From assembly GCF_009914755.1 (NCBI RefSeq), contig NC_060925.1: a stretch of 64,000 bases of DNA, one strand, 5' to 3'. Source of the stretch: the human T2T-CHM13v2.0 reference genome, Homo sapiens. Under the pieces are notes generated by a model. It did no database searches. It had not been told where the DNA came from and was given only the letters and a program-made list of their open reading frames with translations. Both the position numbers and the translations under genes were made by a program. Shown piece by piece: positions 29,361-44,742 of this stretch (the stretch's first letter is position 1; each line of letters opens with the position of its first letter).

Positions 29361-32300
29361 TCTACAAAGTGAGTTTTGGACTCTAAAACTAGGTTAGACC
29401 TCACCACCTGTTCCAGTGTATGCAAAGCCCCACCTCCTGAAAAACAGCTCTGAGTACTCATTAGGACAACTCGGGACAGCAAGGATTAAACAGGGAGCTA
29501 GAGAAAAATCCAGATTCTCCTCTTCTGGAAGGCAGCTACGCCAACCACTATACCACCAACACCCTGGCAAGATTCTACTCTTCTGTATCCTGTTTGTGGT
29601 ATCGATTACACAAATCATGAGTTAAAACTCACAGAACTGTATCCGCTTCCCCCCAAAACTAAAAGCAATTCATGTATAACCATAAAAATAAATATTTTTT
29701 ACTGAAAAAGGTTCTAGTAAAAGAAAAAAAAGGCACTACATTTCCTGAATTATTGAGTCTGACTAGTTAGATGGTGATCACTTAATCTGGTAATCTCATC
29801 ACCCCCGGGAAAGTGAAGGCAGCAACTTCCTTCCCCAGTCACATGGCAGTGGCAACTTCTCGGCCACAGAGTCCTTGTGAAGACTGAGTTTGATAATAAT
29901 GCATGAAAATGCAAGTGACAAATGAGAACTGAGGGTTAGCAGTAGCAGCTCCAGTTTCACCCCCTACATGAACAGACTCCTGGGAAAAGAGCAAAACAGC
30001 TCTCCCAGGAAGCTCCCTTCTCTGAATTCTGTGCAGCCACTGCAAGATGACACACAGTCTTGCACTTGATTACTATGTAGCTTTGCCTAAGATTATCTTG
30101 CAGCTCACCAAGCTTCAAAGTTCCTCCTGGAGCCACAGAATCCTGTACAGAGCTAAAGGTAGGAGCAGCTTCTTATACTTAACACCATAGACAGGGTTCC
30201 AGGTCTCTGAGTTCACAAACCCCTTTAGAGCCAAGGGTCTCAGTTTAATTCTGGTTTTGAGAGAAAGATTTTTCTTTTTATTAAAAAGGCTTTAAACCAA
30301 CAACAAACTGTAAAGATAAAACATTCAACAATGTTAATTTCCAATGCTATATGTTTCTCTCCAGCTGCTCAAGGTCATACCTCCCCACTGAATGATTAGA
30401 GGGTTGCTGAGATGGTAAATGGGGGGAAAACACACACATACACACACACAAATATATATATATATTTTTCCCTCTCTCTCTCTCTTCTATGAAGTCTAAC
30501 CTCTAATAGAAAGAGTGAACAGCTCAGATCCCAGCCAGCCATGACAAAGGACTGACAAACCAAACAGACGAGAGCCCTTGAGCATCTGTGAAATCTGTCT
30601 GTTCCTCTGCCTCCTCCGAGAAACGAATCACAAGACTGCTCAGAATAAGAAACCAAAAGGGCAGAGGCTCAAAAAGCAGCCGGGCCTGAATTTCATTCTG
30701 TTTCCAAAGAGTGAGCTCACATGCTGTGTTGGTTATTTGCACAGTGGGCAGGCAGGCTGACAGCTTGAGGGGGCTATTTTGGGGGGATATATGCTGCAAG
30801 TCTGGTTAAGAGAGGGTCCTAGGCTCTGCACTCCCAGTAGGCATTTCAGCTCCCAGGCAGATCATGCATCTCCACAGGGGTTAAGAGCCCAACAGCTAGC
30901 CCGACAAGCATAGCGTGTGCATTTAAGTCATCCCGAGGGAATCCACACCTCAATGCACAGCCAGAACCTAGGGGAGGTGAGAGAGGAGACAGAAGAGTGG
31001 GCAAGGGCCCTCTCCACCCATAACTACTGGCCGCACTTCCGGAGGAGCTGATCTAGGAAGCTAAATACGCTGAAAAACAGAAGGAAAGGGCTGGGAAGAC
31101 AAGAACAGCCTGAAGAATGGCGAGGATTTCCCACCTTAACTACAGAAATGTTGCTTTTAGGGCTGGCACGGGAACTAGCACTGCTTCCTCCCTCTCCCAG
31201 CTGGGCACCAAGTATCTCCCTACTGTGTGCACTCCCTTATGGTGGGGGTGGGGGGATGTGGCAACTCCGACTACAACTCATAATGGTCCCCAGTGTCTAC
31301 CTCCCTCATGCACAGCGACTCTGCAAAGGTTTCTAGGTCATCAGAGTTATCTTTCTGATTAAAAAAAAAAAAACCAAAAACCTAGCACAAGCAATACACA
31401 TTTGCATACAATACCCAGTTACATACACACATTTACATACCCGCACATTTCCATAAAACACATTTATGTACATACACATATACCTGTTTTTACAGTTGCA
31501 GCAAGGCAGGAAGCCTCTATCAAATCTCGATTCTGTGCTTTCCTCATCTGATTCCAGCAGCAAGAGCAATTTGAATTATAAATTTTCCATTATAAAGCCT
31601 GATTAGAGATCAAAATGCCACCTGCTTACTTTCCTCCCTACCCCACTCTACCCATGCAGTGAGATTTGTTAATAAACAGGGAACAAAGATGGAAGAGAGA
31701 TCCAGGCTGCATTCTTTGCAAGTGGGGAGCGCACGCTTGTCGTAGCGTTTTAGATACTGTGCTCTGGTAAACCCTAGCAGGCTGATCCTCTTTGCTCCCC
31801 AAGTGGCCAGGATGCAGCTCTCAGCCTCTTAATAAACACATCCATCTCCCTCCACACTGGTAGGCGCAAGGATTTTCTCTGACCAAACCCACACTTCTGC
31901 ATCTATTTTCAGCCCCCATAAATCATATTCCATTGTTTTGGAGAAACTGAATTCAAGTTTAACAAGCCATCAACCTCATCCCTCCATTCTCCACCACTCC
32001 AAATTTCCCTCAGGGAGAAATTTGCAAAGAGGAAATTCTAAATCAGATGTGGAGTTAAAAGGCAAGCTCCCACACAGGGCAGGAAAACAAAACTGGGTAA
32101 AAATACCGGCAATAACCACTAATGTCTTTGGTTAAAGGACCTGATTCTTCGGTCCAGGTGTGAACTCAGTGGGCATCTGCAGGAAGCAGAATTTGAACCT
32201 AACGCTAAATGACACACGATCCTGCTCTTCATGACCGTAAGTGCTGCGGTGGCTGGATTAAATGGCTCTGCTGCAGAATTTCTCCCATTTCAAGGTTACT

Positions 32301-33935
32301 AAGAAATATAAGATGGATTTAAAATTTATTTGTGTGCTCACCCTTCTCACATCAGCACATTCAGGATTCTTTTTCATAACTAGGCTTGACCTAGCACAAG
32401 TTCTCTATTTCGCCCTGAGACACGCAGAGACTTGCTGTGCAGTCCCAGGTGGACCTGGATCTCAAATGTTCCAGGATCGAAATTACATCACAGATGCTCA
32501 CGGCATAAAGTCTGCCAAACCAGGTCTGTGGACTGGTACAATTCTTAAAGAGCCAATAGGAAAACAGCTGTCTAGGGCCAGGAGACCTTAATGACATCCT
32601 GGAAAATATAGGACAGTATAAAAGGACTATAGAGAGTCAATGATTTTGAAAATTCCCAAGCTCTTAACTACAGCCCAAATGCACATGCTTTAAAATGTAC
32701 CCACCCCCAAAGCAGTGCACAGCTAACTGTGACTTTGCAAGCCCAGCTTTAGCTCCGCGCATCCACACCGCAGCCTGCCAGAGGTCTGCAGACCACTCCC
32801 TACTCAGAGTCCAGCTAACCCTACCGGCCTCCCAGCAGGCTGCAGCATGATGCCCAGATCCAAGTCCAGGCACCAGCTGGAGGTCCCTTGGGCCTGCCTT
32901 CCCATGTGCCGTGTTCCTGACCGGTTGAACAATAATCAGAGAAGGCCACAGGAAAAGCCGCATCATGCCCACCGCGGCCACTCCCTGGCCCTCATCAACA
33001 CCGGTTGCGCGCACTTCTACGGAAGAACACAGCATGCAGGAGCACGGGCCTGCTACAGAAGGCCGTGGAACAAGAAATACCAGCATGAGAGGGCGGCTGG
33101 TCTGCAGCTTTCAAAGAAGGCAGAGGCTGCGGAGCTTCTGCAGAGGAAGTGGTGATATTTCAACAGCCAACTCCCACAAAAACAGACAGTGAAGAGGAGT
33201 GGGGCAGCCGCAGCTGCCAGCACCCTAGCCACCTTCTCCAGGTATTCGGGGCTTGTCTGTGGCCACAGTGGTAAGCAGGACACACCTGAAAGTACCTTCT
33301 GGCGGAAAAGCAAGCACCTTAACGCTGCCCAATCGGTCCCTTCCTTCACTCCTCCCCATTCTTAACAAGAGATCTGGAATGGCGCGGACAGGGAAAGTTT
33401 CTCAGATTAAGGAGAAAACTAAGCCAAGTCAAGACGCCGCGGGTGGCCTCTCTCTCAACTCTCACTGGGCCAACTCCTACCTGCCTCGCCCGCGTCACCT
33501 GCTGTAAGGCTTGCTCTTGGGCTGTCAGTGAAAAAACGACTCCCCCTGCCTCCACCAGCCACGCCGGGCTTTCAGAAAAGCCCCCTCAACTAGGAAAGCC
33601 TAACTTCAATCCACCCCTAAAAGTCCGACCCACAGGTGTGACAGACTTCCCATGCAGGGGCTGGGGTGCTCCCAGGAAGTGAAGGAAAAGGTCCCCGACG
33701 ACATTGTCACTGGAAAAGTGCTGGCCACGGCCTCCGCCTTACCCTCTCCACCCACGGGTTCGGAGCCCCCAGGAGCAGTCAGACCGATCACCGCTCCTGC
33801 AGCCTCATTTGTTTCCGGAGAGACACCCACAAGCCAGCCCACGGAGAGTCTGGACTCGCCCGCCCCAGCACCCACGCCTCCCCCGCGCCCGGTTCCAGCG
33901 CCGCCCCCGACATCCACCCGCGGGCAGCCCCTTAC

Positions 33936-34266
33936 CGCCGGTATCCTCGAAGCGCGGGGGCGGGCGGTCCCGCAGCGCTGCGCTCCAGCCCGCGCCGGCC
34001 TCGTCCTCCTCCGGCTCCTGTGCGTCCGGGGCGCGGGGCGGTGGCGGGGCGGCCCCTGGGGGTCCCGGGGGCTCGCGCTCGTCGTCCGAGGAGGCGGCCG
34101 AGGAGGAGCGCGAGGCGGCCGAGGTGCTGTAGAAGGGGTTCCCGCCGCTGTCCGGGCCGGACTCGCCGAACACGTCGTCCGAGATGTGCAGGCTCTCGTA
34201 GCGCGCGCGGGCAGCCTCGAGCAGCGCCGGCGCCCTCCTCCGCGCGCCCCCGCCGCCCTCGGCCAT
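33936..34266 (-). CDS. PGBD5: PiggyBac transposable element-derived protein 5, first coding exon (110 codons + 1 nt, phase-1 donor)
   Basis: Translates [49 protein letters not shown]...[12 protein letters not shown], which I recognise as the PGBD5 N-terminus. Strong Kozak context (GGGGCCATGG), CpG island, canonical donor G|GTAAG at 33935-33931. Confidence 0.95.
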
Positions 34267-34575
34267 GGCCCCGGCCGCCGCCCGCGCGCCCGCCCCCCAC
34301 AGTGCCTCCCAGCCGCACACGCCGGGCCCTGGGCCCGCGCCGCGGCCCGCCGCCCCCCACCAGCGCAGCCCGCAGCACAGCGCCCGCCGCCCCGTGCCCG
34401 GCCGGCCCGCCGTCTTGGCCGCCTCGGGCCCAGCGCCCGGGGAAGCGCCCTCGGAGCTCGGGCGCCGCAGGCTGCGGGCCGCGGCGGGAGGCGAGCCGCG
34501 CGCGGGGCTGGCAGGGGCGACCCAGAGCGGGCGGGACGCAGAGGCTGCGGCCGAGACCAGGCGCCGCCGCCGCCA

Positions 34576-34606
<31 letters not shown>

Positions 34607-34680
34607 TGCGTCTCCTCGGCGCCCGCCGCCTCCCTGCCCGCCCTCTCCACGGCCTCCGGCGCTCGGCTGCCGACCTTCCC
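34267..34680 (-). other. PGBD5: PGBD5 5'UTR (TSS approximate)
   Basis: GC-rich, no upstream ATG on the minus strand, lies downstream of the CCAAT and GC boxes; TSS position is inferred. Confidence 0.6.
34563..34604 (-). repeat. Interrupted (GGC/GGT)14 trinucleotide repeat in the 5'UTR
   Basis: Plus strand is a run of GCC/ACC triplets: gccgccgccgccaccgccgccaccaccgccaccaccgccgcc. Confidence 0.9.
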
Positions 34681-35053
34681 GGGCGCGAGCCGCCAGAGGC
34701 GGGCCCTGCCGCCCCTCACCTCCCGCCCGCCGGCCAATGGGGAGCCCGGCCCGGACAGCCGCGGGGGAGCTGGGCGGGCCCGGCGCGGGGAACGCCCCCA
34801 CCCTCCTCCGCGGGGCGGGGCGGGGCGCGCGGCCGGGGCTGGCGGTTAGGGGGAGGGCCGCCGGCGGCAGTGCCGGTCTCCTCCTACAGGGACGCGCAGC
34901 CCGGGACCGCCACGCGCAGCGCGGGAGGGGGAGGGCGGGACCGGGGAACAGGAGGGGAGGGGGACCCGGGTGCTTCCAGCGGTCCGGGCCCGCGGACGGA
35001 GTGCGGGCCGATCCCGCTCACTGTCCCCTTCCGCAGTCCGCGTGCAGCTCCAG

Positions 35054-35080
35054 GGAGCTGTCCGCCCCGGTGGTTCTGAA
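35054..35080 (-). promoter_or_regulatory. Candidate non-canonical (extended spacer) RE1/NRSE REST site
   Basis: Minus strand TTCAGAACC-ACCGGGGC-GGACAGCTCC versus consensus TTCAGCACC-NN-GGACAGCGCC; one mismatch per half-site, 8-nt spacer. Confidence 0.6.
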
Positions 35081-37563
35081 CCAGGCGCCGCCGAAACGCT
35101 CCAGGTAGGCGGCGGGCCCGAGGTCACCACACCCGCGGCGGCGGCTGCTGCCGAGGTTTCCTGGGGGTCACTGCCAGCTGCGCCGCATGCTCCCATAAAT
35201 ACAGGGGCTGTCCAGCTTCTGGGAATCTCGCTCTAATTAGGAGCCCGCCTCGCCGGTCCACTGTTGGTCGCTGGTCAGATGCTAACTCCGTCTCGCTTCA
35301 GTATCCCTGTAATTTAAGGGTGCCAGCACTGGAGTTAAGTAGCTAGTCATTCCTCATCATCGTTGACGTGTGGCATCTTTTGAACTCAAAATATCCATTA
35401 CTTCCAAATACTAATTACTCTCACACCTCTATTTTAATATCTCCTTCACACACACACTTGAAACACTCATGTACTGAAATATTGCATGATCACCCAGGCT
35501 TCAGTGCTCTCATAAACAATAGCACAGAAAGGTTGCATCCGCCCCTCTTCCTTGGGCAGGAATGTGTGGTGGTCATCCTGTTGATGGCGATACGCGTAAC
35601 GGAGACTGCCTTGTCTTCTTGCTCCCCTCCTCCTCCTTCGAATAATGCAATAAGTCACACTAATGGTAAATGGGCCATAAAGTCACTTTCACTCTGAAAT
35701 AAAATAAATCCTCAGAGATGTGAAGGGCTTACAAATCCTACTGAGCATTAACTAAATTGTAGTTACATGAAACAGAAAGGCATGTTGCGATTTCTACGAA
35801 TGCATAAAGGATGAAGGACCATTTTGCCGCCAAGTGGGGTCACTTCTAGTGTCGAGCAGGAACCTTCACTCATGCCCTCCCCTCCCCAGCCCCTGTGGTT
35901 CCTCCTTCCACATCAGGGGCTCTGCACAGGCATAGGTTCATGATCATCACTAACAGACAATATATAAAAAGGAAAAGATTCATGGAACTTTCCTTGCTAT
36001 GTGGATTGGCTGAAAAATGAGGAAGTGCTTGCAAAGCATTTTTACTCTCTTGGAAGAATTATGCCACGGAAAATATCTGGTTTCCAACATACCTATATAC
36101 TGTGCTAACCAGCTGAAAGTTGTTGAAGAGAGTACAGGTAATCTGACTTATCAAAAAGGGTGATAGTAAAGCATAGGTTGAAGATGCAAGAAGAAGAGTA
36201 AGACTCCATAGCTCAAGTTCAAATTCTGCAATTAGGAATTGTGTGAGGCTCCTGCAAGATTTCATGTTATCTATTTTAAATAGTTGAATGGAAAAAATAA
36301 TTGAATGGGATTCAGAGAGTTAAAATCTGTAGGAAAGAGTTCCTTCTTTTCTTCTCCAGCTAGCCAATGAAAAAGTCAACAGCTAAGGTACGTGTTTTAA
36401 AAACGATGAATTGCTTTGCTACCCATAAGGAACCAAGGAACAAAACAACAGCAGTGGCAAGGATGGACAGAGTCTTCCGGTGTCCCTAATTTGCATTTGT
36501 ATGGTGCTAATTCCCAGGAAACCTTGGGGCCTTGTGCTTCCTAGGCTCACAAATGCTTGTAGCTCACACCACATGCAACACTGAGGAGAGGATTATATGG
36601 ACACAAAAGAAACACTGAGAAGTCAAATTGTTACTTCAAAGCTTGTCCAATAAAAATTAGATGAATATTTCAACTTAGAGTGAAGTATTTTATAGCACTT
36701 ACATTTGTTTAAGCCAGTTTCCAAACAAGAAAAGTAAAAACATTCCAACCTTTGAAAACAGATGACTGCTTCTCACTGTGGTAAGAGAAGGAGTGAGGGG
36801 ACAAAACAATTGCAAAACAAAAGCTTTCTCCTCTGGCTGGCATCCTCCTATTTGATAATGACGATTATGATTCTACATCATTAACTTTTATTAGTAACAT
36901 CATTTCTGAGAGTAATTATAGAATATATATCACACTGAGATCTTTTAACTTTGAGTCATTTGAAAACATCTTCCAAATAATTTAATTATAAAATATAATT
37001 AAATAATTTTAGATTAATATTGAGCTTTTGGTTTTATGGTTTTCCCAAACAGCTCAAGGTAGTAAAAAGCAATTCATTTGTGTAGTAGATTCCTTAGGTT
37101 TTGTTAAACCAATGGTTCATGCTTTTATGTAACTAGGGCTAAGCACCATATTTCATTAAGTCTAAACCTCCTTTCATGGTACAGTGAACCATTGTTTTAT
37201 GTATCACTAAAAAAGAAAAAAGTGCTGCCATAGGAAACTATGATACAATGGTTCCTTTTCTGTTCTAATTATAATTTAAACTTATTGAAAAAGCTATTTG
37301 ATCATAATTTTTGGACAGATTTTTATTACGTATCACTCTATTGCATGCATACAGATAAAATATAAATTAATTGATTAAAGTTTTCCGAATTTCACATTCA
37401 GAATCTCACTATCCTTGTTTACTTTCTAACTCAGAGCTGTCAATGCCCAGGTTTTCTCCAGAATATGCTCCTCCAAGTCACTCAGAGCATTTGGTATGCT
37501 GCATTTCTTACACAAGTGCTCCTAACTCATCCAAGCTACTGGCCTCCCACTCTATGTGTCCCC

Positions 37564-37748
37564 CAAGCAGGAGCATGCTAGCTGTGGTCAGCCAGCACTG
37601 AGGAGGCAGATGACAGAGCTGAGAGAGAAGTGGTAGCAGATGAAATCAAAGAGGAAGTTGGGTGGGTGTTAAATCTTGCAAGACTTCAGATTTTATTTGG
37701 AGTGATATGGGGAGGCACTGGAGAGCATAGAGCAGAGAAATAAGATCT
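37564..37748 (+). repeat. Direct local copy of L2 segment 39012-39195
   Basis: Shared strings CTAGCTGTGGTCAG, GAGGAGGCAGATG, GTGGTAGCAGATGAAATC, GGGTGTTAAATCTTGCAA, CACTGGAGAGCATAGAGCAGA-AAATAAGATCT. Confidence 0.85.
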
Positions 37749-38604
37749 TGATGCTGATGTTTTGTTTGTTTTGTTTTGTTTTGTTTTGTTTTACCTAATC
37801 CAAGGTTTTCATACAATAACTAGATTCAATTTCCTTCTTCCAGTGGTTCTCAGCAGGCCTGTGGCCTGGCACACCAAGGGGTATATGAGGTCAGGCATGT
37901 CCTAGGAATAGCAATGAAGTTGGCATAGACTCAGACTCTGTTAACTGCACAGGGATTTTCACTTGCCCAGCACCAATTATAAGACATTCCTGATGTTAGT
38001 GATGTGAAATATGAAAAAAAGGAAGTGGGCATCTTAGAAGCCATCGAATACAGTATATATATTTTTCCTCGGCAGTTTTACAAGTCTTGATTTTGCAAAT
38101 AGTCAAGCTGTGGCAGGACACAGAAATGAACATGAATGCTAATGTGGCAGAGAGTGCCCTGGCCAGCTCCAGACTGCACAGGCCAGATGAGGCTTGAGAA
38201 GTCTGCGTGTTGCTGGTCACTCTGGATGGAGACGGCAGGGATGGTGTCAGTGAAGCTGCTGCTTCTCCCCATGTTGCCTTCATCACCCAAAAGGAGGGGG
38301 CTACAGCCAAGGAGAAGCTCCTGGGGCTGCGAGAGGGTAGGGGGAGAAAGAGTGCAGCTGCTGGACAGTGGCCCGCATGTTGGGGAGGAGGTCGGAGGAG
38401 AATATGCGTGGCACAGGGTGACATTTGGGGTCATATCTAATGCAGGGACCTAAGGGTCCAACCTCTCTCACAGTGCTTTTATGTGGTAAATTTATCTAGG
38501 AGCCAACACAGAGAGGCAGAAAGAAGGAAATAGGACAATCCTCTGGAAAACTCTCGAGAAAATTCCCTTGTGTTCAGATTGAGATGATCTGACTTTTTCA
38601 TTGA

Positions 38605-41520
<2,916 letters not shown>

Positions 41521-41841
41521 AGGTGGGTACAGTGGCTCATGCCTATAGTCCTAGCACTTTGGGAGGCCGAGATGGGCAGATTGCTTGAGCCAAGGAATTC
41601 AAGACCAGCCTGGGCAACATGGTGAAACCTCATCTCTACCAAAAAACAAACAAACAAACAAAAATTAGCCAGGCGTGGTGATGCATGCCTGTAGTCCCAT
41701 CTACTCAGGGGTCTGAGGTGGGAGGATGGCTCGAACCCAAGAAACAGAGATTGCAGTGAGCCATGATTTCACGACTACACTCCAGCCTTCTAGCATGGGT
41801 GACAGACCCAGTCCCTGTCTCAAAAGAAAAAAAAAAAAAAA
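41521..41841 (+). mobile_element. AluJ
   Basis: Full dimer with A tail. Confidence 0.85.
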
Positions 41842-42375
41842 GGAAGTAGTTGGGAGATAGATAAATGGCTTCTTATCATGAGATTTTTTTTTCTATTTTA
41901 AGTTGTTTAGATAATTAACATTTTCACAAAGTAATTTAAGGCAGCTAGACACCTGCGAAGCAGCACAAATAACTCTGATTAATGTTTCAACCTACCTTTT
42001 TTTCCCAGGGTTTGAAATTAATTTTTTTTCAACAAGCAAACATCATGAGACATTTAGAGTGAAGAAAAAAAACATTTTGGAAAATATTATAGATCTTCCT
42101 ATTCTTAGATAATGGGATAATTTAGTGAGCCACTGCTGATTCCAAAGCCCCTTTCCCAGTTTTGTAAGTTTGTCTTGTGTCTCTTCCCTGTCCCCTTGGC
42201 TACATCTTCCCACTTTAAACACACCCAACCCCCACTCTACTTGTTCCCCAACGAAATGAAGGGCTCTGATACAAGTACCACCCCTGAAGTGCATTTGCCT
42301 GTAAAGGAGAAATTGCAGGTTGGTGCTTAACACAAATGAACAAAGTGCTTAGCAGTAGGATCCCAGGTATTCTAA

Positions 42376-42864
<489 letters not shown>

Positions 42865-44507
42865 TAGAAACAACATTTGGTTCTTTACTGAAGGCTAACA
42901 AATGGAAGTCCATAAACATAATAATCATCTTTAGTCAGAGGCAGTGGCTTGTGCCTGTAATCCCAGGGCTTTGGGAGGCCAACGCAGGAAGATCCCTTGA
43001 GGCCAGGGGTTCAAAACCAGCCCAGACAACATAGTGGGACCTAGTGTCTAAAAAAAAACAAAAAAAAGTAAAGTTTTATGTATGCTTTATGTATACCAGA
43101 AACTGTGCTCAATGATTTACATAGAGTATCTGGTTTAACCCTCACAACAAACCCTACAAGATCAGTATGCTCGTGACCCTCATTTTGTAGATGACAACAC
43201 TTAAGAGAGGTGAAGTCAATTTTCCAGTGTTGTTCAACTAGTAGACAATGCAGTCAGAATTAGAACTCAGATCAGGCAAAGTGGCTCAAGCCTGTGTAAT
43301 ACCAGCGCTTTGGAAGACCAAGGTAGGAGGATCAATTGAGTCCAGGAGGTCGAGGCTGCAGTGAGCTCTGATTGTGCCATTGCTCTCCAGAATGGGCAAC
43401 TGAAGAGATCCTGTCACAGAAAAGGAAGAGAAAAGAAAAGAACATAGGCAGTCCAGTTCCAAACTGAGCTCTTAATGGAGGCTACCTATAGTTTTTTGAC
43501 TGTCACCTGCTCCCTATCCCACTCCTACTTAGGGACTATCAGCAATCTCTAAATCACAGTGGCTGTGCATGAGGAGTAACTGCTGGCTTTAATAATTTAT
43601 ACCCAGGATGGAAGGGCTGACTCATATGTTCTGCTTCAGCTTTTTCCTCTGCCCAAGAAACTATCCATCCTTCAAACCATCAATATTAATTGTTGTTCAG
43701 GGATGAATTAAGCTGCAGCGGTCACACACAGTTTACTGTCAACCATGTTTCTTTCAGGAAACCTAAACATCACAGCATTCACTTGCAGATGAGAAGGAAG
43801 AATGAAGGGGGGATGTTAAGAGCAACTCCCAGAAATATTTCTGGTCCAATAATGATAGCTAGCCCTTACGTTACTCTTGGAGTCATTTTGCTGGTGCTCC
43901 AAATGTATTAATTTCTCTTAAGGTTACTTGCGCCCTCATAATAATCAACAGCTCTGGGCATGGGTCAATGCAGCATGCCATTTGCAGAATTTCTGCAGTT
44001 TGGATGCATGGGTCAGGCCTTTTCCTGAGAACCCTGTTTAAGGGGAAGAATGACAAGTGGGCAGAAAGCTATCAGGTGGGAGGGAGCCTACGACATTTGT
44101 AGAATGGAGAAGGCAGTGCTCCCTACTGGCCAAGCATTTCCCAGGAGAGCCCACCCCCAATCCACAATTTGGAGAGTTCTGCTCTTAGATTCCTGCCCAC
44201 TCCGGACCAGTGGGATGCCTCCTTCTCTGGGTGACAGGACTCTTTCTAAGGAACCTTCGTTTAGCAGAAGAAGACCAATTCAGACTCCCCCCAACAACTC
44301 CACTCCAGTGTGTCTGCCTCTGCCTTCATCTTCTGGCTTTGTCTTCCTGGTCAAGGAGACCCAGCCAAATCCCCCACTGGGGCTGCTTAACCAAAGCTGG
44401 AGGCCACATACTGGGTGTATGACCTTAGGCAAGTGACTGGATCTCACTGAACCTTAATTGTAACATCTAAAGGGTAGGGATGTTGTGAGGGTTAATTAAG
44501 AGAATGT

Positions 44508-44742
44508 GGCTGGGTGCAGTAGCTCACACCAGCACTTTGGAAGGCCAAGACAGGAGGAATGCTTGGGCCTGGGAGTTTGAGACCCTTCTTCTACAAAAAA
44601 AAAAAAAAGTCAAGTACTTGGGAAGTTGAGGCAGGAGGATCATTTGAGCCCAGAGGGTCAGGGCTGCACTGAGCTACAATGGCACCACTGCACTCCAGCC
44701 TGGACAACAGAGCAAGACCCTGTCTCAGAAAAGAAAAAAAAA
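44508..44742 (+). mobile_element. AluJ, internally deleted
   Basis: Both arms shortened; TSD AAGAGAATGT. Confidence 0.75.

Larger units (their letters stand above)
33430..35300. promoter_or_regulatory. CpG island / TATA-less promoter of PGBD5
   Basis: Very high GC and CpG density; CCAAT box at 34734-34738; tandem GGGGCGGGG Sp/KLF boxes at 34812-34826. Confidence 0.92.

Noticed and set aside
33805-34737. 310-aa ORF taken as the whole PGBD5 exon
   Set aside because: Its start is a TTG inside the CCAAT box, probably upstream of the TSS, and its 3' end runs past the GTAAG donor; the supported CDS is 33936-34266.
33652-35108. 475- and 480-aa plus-strand ORFs
   Set aside because: Antisense shadows of a very GC-rich CpG island; low-complexity, no recognisable domain.
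33000-36500. piggyBac TIR/TTAA ends flanking PGBD5 exon 1
   Set aside because: No paired TTAA-CCY termini seen; PGBD5 is an anciently domesticated intron-containing gene.
37996-38453. Cluster of overlapping ORFs suggesting a processed pseudogene
   Set aside because: No recognisable parent protein, poly-A tail or TSD; kept only as a possible lncRNA exon.
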